Source: Bilabrum cf. latius
Lineage: Eukaryota
Assembly: GCA_965178125.1 (NCBI GenBank)
Contig: OZ237771.1
Span: 1-64,000 of the forward strand
DNA: 64,000 nucleotides
Direction of reading: 5' to 3'
Both the position numbers and the translations under genes were made by a program. Under the pieces are notes generated by a model. That model saw nothing but the letters and a program-made list of their open reading frames with translations. It was not told the DNA's origin and did no database searches. Of the stretch, positions 44,091-57,300 are shown in pieces (position 1 is the stretch's first letter; each line of letters opens with the position of its first letter).

Positions 44091-47000
44091 ATGCAAACCT
44101 TTTGTGGTTTGCCATTTGCTAGATTGCCGAGCGGATCCGCCACCGAGTGCAAGGACAGGGTGAAGAACTTTTCGCGGCACCGGCGGGAGTACCTGGGCAA
44201 GCATCCCAAGCCTAAGCAAACTATATGTGTATTTTATGCATTATTGGTATCACTTGGATGCATTGCTGGGGTCTCGAGTTCTTCCAGTGGCCTGCATCAT
44301 GCCGAACGGATGCCGGCCCCAGTGCTGTAAGATCTCTCTCAACGTCGTCGAATCATCGAAGATTTTAGAATAGCATGTCTTCATACGCTATCGATCTCTT
44401 TCGCAGACATGATCGGTCGGTGATCGGTCCTTTCGGATCCGTTTCAAGAACTAGGCTCCGCGCCAAGCCTGTTGCTAGCGCTGTGCAGCTAGAATCATAG
44501 CCAGCGGTGGCTGGTGTGCTATGCTCTGATCAAAATGGTCATTCCCTAGGGATCCTCATAAACTCGTCGCGCCCGCTATCAGTTCTGTCCGGAATAGGGC
44601 GGCATTCAGAGGATACTTTCCTCGCGGGCAGCCGGCAGCTCGGGTGCCTATTCCAAGCGGATCGCGACTAGGGCGGCTTCACAAACGACCAGGGCATGGC
44701 TTCATCATAGTACGATGTAAAGTTTAAGTCTGCCCTGCAACGGTCCAGGGGATTCACCGTGGCAACTTCGGGGGTACGCCATGTGTGCGCTGCTTGGGTT
44801 GCAGGCCTGAGCGGATCTACAGGTAAGCACGTGGAGCCAACAAGCGAATACGATACACAGTCTGTCCAAAACGAATCAAGTCGTGCAGGCAGTTCGCCGC
44901 CGGGCTCAGATTCGGCTCGCCTGCTTCACTCAGGGGCCGCGCGGCTGGATGGTTGCGTGGCCGCCGCGGAAGGCGCCTCTCTGGGTGCTTCAATCGCAGC
45001 AGCTGTGGAGACATGGAAACACCAAGGCCGGTACCCATCTTCTTGCGAGAAGAGCACCCGGTCTGGCATGGGGGAGAGCGCCGCTGCCGCGAGCTGCCCC
45101 GTGCTGGTGGTGCTGGAGGTTAGTCCTGTCCCTTTCCACCACCTCTTCGAGGACTTGAGCCTTCAGTTCACGAGAACAGCGTCTCCAATCGAGAAATCGT
45201 ATCATTCGCATGCAGTGTAGCATGCGGAACACGTACGAAAGCTGCGGGCGGATGTGGATACAACCCGGGAGCAGCTCGACGAGGTCCGCACCTTGCGGCA
45301 GTTCCTGCACACAAAGCGAGGTCAGCACGAGAAGCAGCGGCAGCTGCTGCAGGAAAACACAAACAGCTCGCAGCAAAACTCTTGCCTTACTGCTACGAAG
45401 GCCATCGAGGACGTGGATGCTCTAATCGAGGCTCTGGACCGCGAAGACCTTTTTGTCCACCGCGGTCAATCCGGGAATTCGGGGCATGGCCGCAGGCTGT
45501 GGTGGGATCCTGACAACGCAGATGACGATGGAGCCTTCAACTTCGCTACGGATGCCATCGCAAGCACGATGGACTCGGGAGGCGCGATGGGCGGACAAAT
45601 TGTGCCAAGTGGCAGCCAGGTCCCCACCGTCTCGATCGAAGAGACCCGCCGCATGCTCATTAACGCCTGGAATTACGACGAGGGGGCCATCGGGAATGAG
45701 TCGGTCGCGTTAGATTCGGATGAAAAACTCTTCTGGTGAGAACATGGAATCGCGGCAGTGTGAATATTGCTCGGGGCCACAGGCTCGTGCAAAGCTTCGA
45801 CGGCTACGGTGGCCTGTTGATGTTGACCTGATCCTGCAAGCGCGCGTTGTTTTCCTATCTCCGCCTCGCAGTCAAAGCTGCTATTTTGCCATGTACGGAG
45901 ATGTAGAAGTGTCCATTGAAGCCAGCCTGACAGGTGTGCGCAGTGCGAGGGTACAGCTGCAGGGCACAACGGCTTTCAACTTCGATGTTGGTGTCAACCA
46001 AGCAGGCAGCCTTGAGCTGCCCGGGCACCGCCACGTGTTCTTTCCCACCTCTGATGACCCTAACTCCACCACCCACCACCCCACCGGAGAGTTTCATTTC
46101 ACCGTGATGGGCGTCCCGATCACCGTCGAGTTCGGCCTGCAGCTGAGCGCCTCCATCTCCGCCAACGTCACAGGCATCATGCGGGGAGACGGGCCGGCGG
46201 TGAGCGCGCATCGCGCTCTGACGCTGGGCGCCGAGTACAGGACGGGTCACTGGAGGGCACTCAGGAGCGGGACCATGCAGCTGACGACCAGACCGCCAGC
46301 TGCCATGGTCACCGGTGCATCCGAAGTGCAGGCCCAGTTCGACGTGTCGATCGTGGCCAATGTGTTCGGGGCATGGCCAGTGCAGTTCAGACTACAGCCG
46401 TGGGCATCTAGCGCACTGCAAGTTGGCTCGAGCAGCTTTGAGGAATAGTGCGGCAGCTCCCAGGCCGCCGTGAGCACTGCGATGCGGTGCAACTATGAGA
46501 TCGATGTGGGCGAGCTCAGCTATGGATTGAGCGGGGTGTAGATGCATCTGCCCGGTGCCAAGATGTCGGGAACGCTTCGAGCTATGCATCGATAGAAGGG
46601 GGCGGGACTCTCCGGCTGCGTGTCACTGCATGACCTAGCACCTACACCTACGAGAAGCGGCGCGGGGGGCAGGCGGCTGCTGCAGGGGAACAAGCCCAGG
46701 GCCCACAGGAGGAGTCGGCCACAGGTCAGGAGGATCAGTACAGGAGTGCATGCCTGTCGGTACCTGGGCCTGCCTGTGATTGACTCCATCCAGATTACAT
46801 CAGTGGGTCTCAATGTGTCGTTCAACATTGCGCTGAACGGGACTGCGTGCGGCAGTGGCTTTGAGGCTGTGCAGGTGCTAGCGTGGCGCAACGGCACCAG
46901 CACTACATCCGGTGGGATCCAGGTCCTGAATGGATACTAGCCGGACACTTTCTCGGCTACCTGGGCCATGGTGCCTGCCCGTCTGCTGCCTTACGCAGGG

Positions 47001-50000
47001 CATGAGGTGGAGCTGGCGCTTCGAGTAGAGGCGGTGTCGGTGGGTGGCTTTTCCAACGCCTCAGTCAGATCTGCCCCTGTCTCCTTGCCTGCAGTTTGGG
47101 GAGGTCACGGCAGCGCAGTTGATGATGATGACCCTCTGCTTTTCAATGATGATGACTCCCTGCTTTTCGATGATGACGCTGTCGGCGGTGCCGATGGCGA
47201 TGATGATGACGATGATTTCGTTGGTGGGGGTAGCTTCTGGGACTGGGACTGGGACTGGGGCGATGGCTTGGATTAGACTGGTTCTGGCTAGCCCTCTGGA
47301 CTTGACCTCATGTACGAAGTTCAATCGGAGGGGCAGTGCACGGCAACATGCGGCAGAGGCAGCATTTCGAGACTGCTGGCCTGTGTGGGGATCAAGCGCT
47401 CGACGCTGGAGCGGGTCTAGCTGCCACTTGAATGGTGCGACCACAATGCCACCCTGTTCGGCCAACGACCCGCTGCAGTGCTCCCGTGCCATGTACCATG
47501 CAAGGGACAGGCACCGGACGGGAGCCTCGACCGCGTCCTTCGCATGCCTCCGTTCGCTGCAGTGATCAGGGGCATGGTGCACACCACGTCCGGGCTTGAC
47601 CATTACAACCGCATGTTCCTGCACACCGAGCTTGACAACTCGGACGACGGGATTTACGTCATCAGTCGATCCAACGCCTCGACAGGTGTGGAATCCATCG
47701 CGCTCGCAGCGAGGGAGGAATCGTGCCCCACGAGTGTCGACGGCACCAGCCTGCAGCCTAGATTGTCACGCATGCAGGGGTACTTGTCAGCTGACGGGGA
47801 ATCCGCCGGAGTGGTACCCGGGTCCCATGTGATTGCTGAGATCAGCGTAGGAAAGGCCACCAAGCCGGTCGATGTTGAGCTGATTCAGGTCCCCTATGTC
47901 GCTGCATCGCCCGGAACTCTCGTGCAGCTGCGCTTGCCTTCTGAAACCGCCTTCGATGGCGAGGCGGGGGCAAGGTGGATCCGCGATGTCGGCAGCTGGC
48001 TCAACCACAGCGTAATCGGCGCCGGTGAATGTACAAGCACATCGCCGCTGCTGCAGACATCTGCGTGCGTGGAGAGAGGCGGCACGGGCTTCCAGAATTC
48101 CGACGGTCTTCCTGCCTTTGCCGCTTGCAGAGAGAACCGTGAGCTGTATCCATTTGTAGACGCAGGGATCGTGGGTCTTGCCTCTGCTCTGTCTAATCAT
48201 TCTTCCGCTGTCATTGCGGCTAACTCGGTACCGTGGCCCGGGCAGGCCTGGGCCCAGGAGCATGTGTCTGGGGAGGACATGGAGTCATCAGCCACGAGGC
48301 ACCTGCTGGTGCGGCCTATCGAAGGTTCCATTGGGTTCGCAGTGGAAGTCACTGCTTCTTTTCAAACGGCTTAGACCCGCCTCGAGTAGGCGATTCCGAT
48401 CGTCAGGGCCAACCGGCTGGACCGGCGGGCTGAAAACCACGGGTGGATTCTGCAGTCTGGGCAATCGTCCACTTGGACGTCGCCGCCTCCGACCGAGCTG
48501 ACAACCCTGCAGCACACCACCAGCCTCGTTATTGCAGAAGACGATTTCGACGATAGGGAGTCGTTCGCGGTATCAGTGCTTGGGTCTCACTCGAGTGCCG
48601 TGGCACCTTCCGTGTTTGAGGTACACGTGGCGCCCATCCTGGAGCTGGCCATGGGGGAGGCGCAGACGCACAGCATCCCCACTGATGGGACGACCTACTT
48701 CCGGATCCGTCTACCTGGCCCCACTGCAGCTGCACTCATTGTCCTGCGCTCGCTCTCTGGGGATGCCGACCTCTTCGTGAAGCCAGGCTCCATGTTCGGC
48801 AAGCGCACGGGGTGGGCCTACTCGACCTTCTTGCCCGAGGGACACCCAGACAGGCCGGTGTGGCAGACGGGATCGGAGGATCCTCTCGAGTCTCTGCTCA
48901 TCACACACCTGCACCCGCGCTTTGATCACACGCTGTACGTGGCAGTGACGTCGTACGGTGCACCCACGCGGTTCCGCATTTCCGTGACTCCCACTACACC
49001 GATGGATCCAGGTGTCGTCCAGACTGACGCACTGGATCCAAGCCAAAGCGCCTATTACGTGGGACCCGACAGCGAGGAGGAGATCGATTCCGATGCGCTG
49101 GACGCGTCCTTTGACGCACGTGTCCTAGTGGACATCGACCAGCCAGCGAGCGTGTCTCTCTTCGCAGGCTCCTTGACCAGCTACTCGCCCATTGTTAGGC
49201 CGGATCACGCCGCGATTACGGCGCCGGACGTGAGGCCCGGGTCATCTGCTGAGGTGATTGCGCCTTATTCTGCCTCCGGGCCCGTCTCTCGCTAGATGCT
49301 TCTTGGTGTGCGTGCGTCGTACCATGGCCGCACTATCGTGCCTCGTGAGCTGCCTTTCAGCCCAGTGGACTCCATGGATTTCGCCGCGGGGCGCAGGCGA
49401 CTCTCCGGGAGCAATCACTCGTCTGTATCCCGGGAATAGCGCCGACATGAGGCTGCAGCTGCCTGCACGAGCAAGACCTCCGCAGCTCTCAAGCACAGCG
49501 GCCTATCCGCAGCTCTCAGCACTGAGAGCATCCGGGAGCGATGCCGATCGTTGGCCATCAGTACTAGCCAAGGGGACCCGGAGGGGGCGAGATATCGGCT
49601 GCACGCGGTCACTGGGCCAGAGAATGATGGGGAATCTCGGGCGCTGGCAAGGGATGCAGCAGGTGACAAGCAGCTGCTACGTGCTTCCGTCACCAGATCT
49701 AGGGGCACCGGCACAAGGAACCCTGCTAAAGGGTCAGACTCAGAGAGAGCTGCGCTGGCCACCGCACGGTTGCAATCACCTGACCATAATGTTCCTCTCA
49801 AGTCGACCTCTGACCCACTGCCTGTCTACTCATTGCCGGGGATGGCGTCTTGGGCAACAAGCGTGACCTATAGTCACGCTGGAAATGCACATCGGCGACT
49901 GCAAGGTTCCAGCACTGTGGTTGATGTAGAGCAGTTTGGAAGAGTCACAAGCGGCTGGAGCAAGCTGGCGACCTGCGATGCCCCTCCCGGCCTCACCGCG

Positions 50001-53000
50001 GCTGAGCCGTGCACGTCGGCGGATGGCTCCAGCGGGGACTCGCTCGAGTTCATCCGGGTGCAAGTGCCAGCCAACACGCTCCTATACTTCAGCGTGGTGG
50101 CTCGTGAGAGCCCTGGCCGGTCGACGGATGCAGCGTACAGCATGCGGTCCAGAAGCGGTTCTCTGCCTGGGCCCGGGGACGGCGAGTACGAAGACAAAGC
50201 AGTAGCGGCTGGCAGGACGTTCCGAATGGTGAACTGCAGGTACGAAGGCCAGCTGGGGTACGTGAGCGTACGGGGCCAGAACGATCCCAGCCAGGCAACT
50301 CGGATGGACCTGATGGTCGCAGCGGAAGACGCTCACAGGCTGGGGCTGTGTCCCCGCATGGAGTGGAGGGCCAGCCCGTGGGGCGATTGGTCGCACAACT
50401 GCGGCCTTGCGACCAGGGTCAGAGACACCCAATGCGTACGATCCGACACGGGCGTCGAGGTGGACTCTAGCTTCTGCACGGAAGCGCTTCGGCCTCGCAT
50501 GAAGGACGCAAGAGACTTCGGCGCATGCGTGTGGACTGCCTATCCGTGGTCTTAGTGCTCTGTAGAGTGCGGAGGCGGGACCCAGTGGAGGATCCTGGAC
50601 TGCCGCAACCGAGACGGCAAGGGACTCAAAGTGCTGGACCGGGAGTGTGGCGATAGGCCGGCGATGCAGAGGTCCTGCAACGACAGAGACTGTCCAGCTG
50701 GCGTCAGCTGGGTGACCGGGGAGTGGTCTGCTTGCTCTGAGGAGTGTGGTGGGGGCATCCGCCAACGAGAGGTCACATGCATGGACCTGTCAACCGGTGA
50801 AGCGTACACCAGCAGGCCACATCGCCTGATCTGCGAGAGCTGGCTGGGCCCGGCCCCCGCTATGGAAGAGAGATGCAACCCCGAGTCCTGCAGCCAAACC
50901 CGCTACAGCCTGGTTCAGATGGACATCCGCACGCTGCAAGATGGCATCCCTCGGCTCGAGCCTTTGGTGCCTGCCGAGAGCGTGGCATACTACCTCTGGG
51001 AACGGACGGCACAGGCCAGGGGGGTTTGCGTCTCGGTGCGGCAGCAAGATGTGGTTGATTCGATCGATGTGTGCTCTGTGCGTGAAGAACAGGATGCAGC
51101 GGCATGCGTGCGGCAGTTCCAGGCTTGTCGAGATGACTATAGAGAATCCAACCGTGATTCAGGAATCATCGGGGACGATTCGGCACCAGAGTAGATCTAC
51201 CAGGCATGCGCGTGGACTGCAGCACAGTGTGTTGCATCCATCGGTTGCGGTGCAGTTGACCCAGTCATAAACGAAACATTGATGGAAATGCGCGATGTGT
51301 TAGAGACAGATGCCGGCGTCAGTTTCCCGGCCTGGCCTCAGTTGGCCGGCAGCTCGAGCCAGTATCCGGGCCAGGTGGACCTGTTCATGAGCCCGGTGTC
51401 TGATTCGATGGCGAGGGGGATCATGAAAGGCGCAGGCACTCTGGGAGATGCCATTGTGCAGCAGGCCCCTGTGAGAGGGTCGCTGGCTGCACGAATCGAG
51501 CAACAGATCGGCGTGGGTTTCCAGCCACCCACTGGCCTCGCGAGCGCGCGGTGGTTCTTCCAACCAGCTTTCCGCACATCCACGCAGAACTTGTGGACGT
51601 GGGATGATCTAGACCCGCTCTCGGATGCAACCGATCGTTTCTTGATCGGTGTTCGTGCACGGGACAAGGCACGCACGCTGCAGGTGACTGCGCACGGACT
51701 GCAGGCATTCCCCGTGCAGCTCTCCGGTTCGCTCGCAGAGGGCCCTGTCACGGCCAGGCACCTGCGGGAGGGTGGGCTGAAGCTGGTCGTCACGCTGTCC
51801 TGTGATGCATTCGTCACACCGCAGCAGCTTTTGGACGAGGTTAGAAAGGCGAATCCCTCAGCAAGTGCTGCTGATGTGCTTTCGCAGTCTGGTGCGGCTG
51901 CCGCTGGGCTGGAGAACCAAGATGACGATGGCGGTGCGGCGGGCTCGATCGCGCCAAGCCCTACCTTGATCGTCGTTGGAATGACATCCCTGCAGAGCTC
52001 AGCCAATGGGTGGAACAGGGCAGGGAAACTGCCGCTGCTGCGTCGAGAGCACGCAAACATCGCGCGCATCACCATGGGTGGTCAGGCCCTTGAACTGACC
52101 CTGCCTCCGCTGCCTGGTTACAACCCCGCGGGCGACGAGACCATTCAGGTGTCGATTCCTGCGGCGCTGCTCAGGAGCGGGACAGCTACCACTGTGCCTG
52201 TGAGTGAGGGTGCCATACGGGTGGTGGCCGACCGATCCGACTGCGTGGTCAGCGACTGGGGCCCTTGGACGGAATGCGACGAGATCTGCAGGCCTGGGCG
52301 GCAGCACAGGCAGAGGCAGGTCCTGAGTGTGCCCCGAGGGGATGGCGCTGACTGCCCCGCCACCTCGCAGGAGAGGGGCTGCAACACTTGCGACCCATGC
52401 TCGGGGGTCGATTGTGTCAACGGTGGTTTCTGCTCTTTTGCGCAGTGTGTGTGTCCGCCGGGGTACAGCGGGACCGACTGCAGCGCGCCACCGCCCTTCC
52501 TGCAGGCATTCTGGCAGGCTGGCCCGTGGGGCGAGTGCACCCATGCATGCAACGGGGGCATGCAGAGCAGAGCAGTGCAGTGCATGTTTGCCGACGTTCG
52601 AGATGCCGGTCAACTCCGAGCCGCAGCTGCCGATGACGTGCAGGCAGCTGTCAATGCGTACCGGGCTTGGGTGAATGAAGGCAGCCGCGGGGACCGCCCC
52701 GAGTTTGACCCGACGTCCATGTGCGATGTTGGCCTGATGCCCGTGTCTGATCGCAGGTGCAACATGCAGGCGTGCGACGATCCGGTGGTGGACGCGACGT
52801 TTTCCCTGTCTCGAGATGGAGACACGGTGGGTGTAACTGACACTGTCTCATCTGAGATGGAGGACTTTGTCATTGGGGGCATTCATGCAGAGATCGTGGA
52901 CGCGCTGGGATTAGATCCACTGCAAGTGATGCCGCAGCAGATGGACGGTTGGTTCGACCGGGAAGACACTGTAATTCCGGAGATTGAGCGCAGGAGGCGA

Positions 53001-54029
53001 AGGTCCTTAAAGAGGAGGCTGGCGTCGACGAGCCACCGGGTGCAGTCCACGAGTGCATCAGGGAGACTGAGATTACAAGCTCCCAGCACCAGCCACGCGA
53101 CTGGGGTATCTGGCCATGCCGCTGTTGCAGTTGATCAGCATCACTACCATCACCACAGCAGCAGCAGCAGTAGCAGTGGTCAATCTAGCGGTCAATCTAG
53201 CGGCCAGCAGGGATCTGGTTCGTAGGGTTCTACGACGTTTACGCAACAGTGGTCATGGCAGGGGCGACTGCTCCGTCGATTGCAGTCAGCAGAGGCCACT
53301 GCGGCGGACGGAGCTGGCACCTTCTTAGATCCAGATACGCTCATCGAGCAGCTAAGGGCACAGGTGTCCAATCCAGAGTCTACCCTCTTGACTCGCGGGA
53401 CTTTCTTGCCGGGCTTGACTGGCAACGTCACGCTGACAGTGCGGCAGGGCCTGTCAGGCGACGTTGTCAAAACCGTGGTCGTGCCAGTGTCTCGAAGCGT
53501 GCTGGCCTTTGGAGACGATGATGACGTACTTAACGATGATGATGGCAATGTAAGTACGGGCAACGACTCTGTCGATACCGGGTCAGATGGGCTCCAGGAC
53601 GGGGAGTAGCCAGGGGATGATGACAAGTCGGACACAGCGTTGCTTATCGCTGTTTCAGCCGCTGCGGTGTGCGGGCTAGCTGCAGTTGCACTCGCGGTGG
53701 TGCTATACATGCAGCGCACTGGGGCGCTATCGTGCGGGCGGCAGACGTCCCACCAGCAAGACCCTTAGGCCAGTTCTCCCATGAGAGGCAATGGAGGGCG
53801 GAGATCTAGCATCCAACAGGCGTCAGCTGGGTCTTCGGCCGGAAATGGCGTGCACGGCAGCACGTCGTCCGGACCATCCATCGGTGGCATGCGATCCACG
53901 CCAAACCCAATTCATTTGAACGGGCTGGGTCATGAGAGCAACGTGGTTGTCGGGCCTTCGGTAGAAACTGGCAGAGACAATTGGGACTCGACAGGATCTG
54001 GGTCGAGTCATAGCTCCGAAGAAGCGTGA
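44091..54029 (+). CDS. Giant single-pass membrane protein (~3,240 aa) with TSP1 repeats and an EGF domain; 2 introns, ~20 in-frame TAG
   Basis: Phase-compatible GT-AG introns at 44327-44406 and 45736-45871. N-terminal hydrophobic stretch, several WxxCxxxCGGG TSP1 repeats (e.g. WS[TAG]CSVECGGG), EGF CVNGGFC..CVCPPGYSGTDC, TM helix ~53637-53709, TGA stop. Start codon uncertain. Confidence 0.82.
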
Positions 54030-54391
54030 TCCAAAAGTTTCGAATTTCGAATCGGATTCTTCTCACATCCCATAGGACTAGATCTACGTCATCCGGGATC
54101 CAGAACAGATCAAGATCATTTAATCCCGGATCCAGGGATCATGGATGTACTAGCCAAGGTTCTGTTAAGTGAGACCTTAGCGGTCGTTGTTTTGTAGCTT
54201 TTAGCTTGAATTGCTGATCTGGATCAGGCTCTTTTTTTGCTTGGATCTGATCTGGATTCCGTAGATCTAGTAAAAAACCTAGCCACACGTTACAGGAAGG
54301 CTAGGCAAAAACATTCGATTTTTTTTTCTCAATTCAAATCGATCATGTTGTGTGTGGTTGCCCCCAAGCTCTGCGTTGGCGTCAAACTCAC

Positions 54392-57300
54392 TCAAAGGCC
54401 ACCTCTGAAGAGCGCCACGAGTTCCTCGCTTGACAGCGTCCGGCTGTCTTGCGCTTTGCCTCCCGGTGCAAGCGCAGCATCCGCTACCTTCTATTTCCTT
54501 TCTTGAATCTTCAGCATGGACCCTTCCACGCTGGACGCAGCGATGTACCGCTTCACCGTCACAGTCCTGGGCTGGCCCAGACGGTGGATCCTGTTGACAG
54601 CCTGCTCCTCCACAGCTGCGTTCCACCAGGGGTCAAGCATGATGGCTACACACGCCTCGCTGATGTTTAGCCCTACTCCCCCGGCCTTTGTGCTGATGAG
54701 CATAAGAGGGACGTCCTTTTGTGTCTTGAAGGCGCGCAGCTGGGCAGTCCTCTGGGGGATGGCCATGCTGCCATCCAGCCTGCGGCAGCCAATGCTAGAT
54801 GCACGAATGCCCTTGGCAAGACCGACCTGCAGCTTATCCACCAGGCGCAGTTGTCCGCTGGACATGATCGCGCCGGTGTCAGCAGGCAGTTCTCTTGGTG
54901 CAGCACTCGTCTCCTTTCCTGCCATCATCCCTTCCCTCCCTGTGCCTTTGCCATCCGCACCCTACTGCATGCCCCCCAGCTCATTGCTCTTCAAGAGCAC
55001 GTCGGCAGACAACTTCCCTGCCGCGATGCTCCTGCACCTGCGCATCGCTGCCTCTGCCAAATCGAGCATGTGAGTGAACTGGGAGAACGCGACGAGCTTC
55101 ACTGGCTGAAGCCAGAGCGATAGCCGATCCTGAGGAAGCACGGTATCGAGCTGTCCGGAGCCTGATGCTGATGCTGAAGCCGATGCTGATCCTGAGGTTG
55201 AGTGGCTGATGCTTCTGCTGGCGTCATTTCCATCACGGGCAGCCATGGCTGTGTCACTTGCTCGGGGGCTGCGCTCGATATCACTGCCCTGCCCCTCGCC
55301 ACCGCCAAGGACCGGATAGTCGACCGAAGGCATCAGCCACTCCGGTAGGGCTGCCGCATCATTGGAACCATCCGATCCATCGTCCCCCATATAATCAAAT
55401 GCCGAGCGCCCGGGTACGAAACCACCGGTTGAGTCCATGGCTGCAGGAGCAGCGCCCTCCAGCCCGGTACTATCAGTGTCTGCCTGCTTTTGCTCCCCTC
55501 CCACTACACTACCTTCCATTGCAGGCTGACTTGACCTATCCTCTGGTGGCGCGGCCGAATACGACTCCTCAAGCTGTACGGTTGCGTGGCAATCAGCGCC
55601 TTCTTCTACGAGTTCATTCAACCCGTCCTTGTCGCCATCTCCTGCACCCCCTCTGAAATCAGCAGGCAGGAAATACACCTGGGCCTTCTGCTGGAAAATC
55701 TCCCCCGGAAACCGCTCCGACTTGATGTGTTTCAAATGCTGCGCCACGCTGCCGCACACTCCAGCCTGATTCTGGGCACTCTCATTGCCGTCTGCTTTCA
55801 GCTGTTGGGATCCTGGTGCCAGCCCAAGAGCGGCCATGGCCTCCTACCCTGCCTGCAGCCATGCCTCTCGCGAGACTGCGATACGCTCTTGCTCCTCGCC
55901 CTGCGCATCGAATGACAAGAGCGCCCCTGTTTGCGGCGGTGGCGATGATTTACCTCGTTGAGATGAGGAGCTGCCGCGACCAGAGCCCCCAATCCTGTGT
56001 CTCAGCTTGGGTCTGGTCCTGCCAAGTACGCGACTGCCACGCACGGCAGTCCTCCCCTTACCAGTGCTCTACTGAAAGCCATGCCTTGCAGACCCACCGC
56101 GACTCCCCTTCGTGCCGCCCTTGAATCCAGATCCTAGAGGCATGTTTCGCTGCACAGTAACTACCTCCAGTCCGTCAGAGCTTGTGCTGCCCATTGATTC
56201 GCTGTCCGAACCATCCTGGTCGCCTTCAACTTCGCTCTCATCATCGTCACTCGATGCTAGATCTACCACGCTCCCGTCAGAAGAGCCCCCACTCATTTGC
56301 ACCAAAGAATCTCGGTTCGGTGTCCGAGTCTTGCCGAAGGATCCACTAACGAGACGTTCAGCACCATCGCTCCCGTCCTCAAAGTCGGTATCACTGTCAC
56401 CACTGCTGCCGGCACTATCGCTCGCATCGGCACCGTTTTCATCGCCAGCCCGAGAGCTGCCCCCAGATCTGCCACCGCTCCCCTTTCCGTGCCGATTGCC
56501 CGTCCTAGAGATCGCTCCGGTCTGCTGGCTTGCCGCTGACTGGCTCCTGCTCAGGCGAGAAGAACGCCTCTTGAATCCACCGGTAGATCTCGCTGGACTC
56601 GGCTCGAAACGTTGCGGCGCTTTCCGAACTCGCCCGCCGCTGCGTCTTGCGGCGCTCTCGGGGAGGCTCGGGTCAGGTTTGGGTGCGCTGCTTGTGCCCG
56701 ATGGCGCTATCCCTGCCGTAGGCTCGCTACCATGCATGGTCCTCCGTTTCTTGGTCGGAGAGGGTGTGGATGAGCCGGTTATACCAGCTGACTTGGCGCG
56801 TTGTGGCAACTACAGTCCCCCAGCTGACTGCTCCACTGGTGATTGGACCGGATCCACAGGTGGCCTCTGCCGCACTTGTCCTATGGAAGGTGCTTGGAGA
56901 CTAGAGGCAGAGTCGTTGTCTGCTTCTACTTCTGCTTCTGCTTCTGCCTCTGCGTTTGCATCCAACGAGATTCCTGAAGCAGAGCCATGGGTGCCCTTTG
57001 CTCCGTGTGACGTCGCCGCTCCATCAGCACTGTCACTATCAGATGCTTGCATGATAGCCCGAGCACGTTTGGCCACCCATGATCGGATCATTCCCCTGCT
57101 CTCACACCGGAGATTGTGCTCGTGTGCTGCCCACACGTCAAGGCAGAGTTTCTGCAGCTTGGTTGAGGCGAAGAAAGCTAGCCTGGGCCTCTTCTTGTCG
57201 GCGTGCGCTGCCAGCCCAACGCGAGAGTAAAGGCCATCCTCATCACCGCTCGTACTGCTGCTGCTACCACTGCTGCTGCTGCTGCTCGGCGTACCAGATG

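Noticed and set aside
31964-57230. Long antisense ORFs (e.g. 31964-33208 +, 35215-36327 +, 41326-42297 -, 56112-57230 +)
   Set aside because: They are shadows of GC-rich genes on the opposite strand, with no domain motifs.
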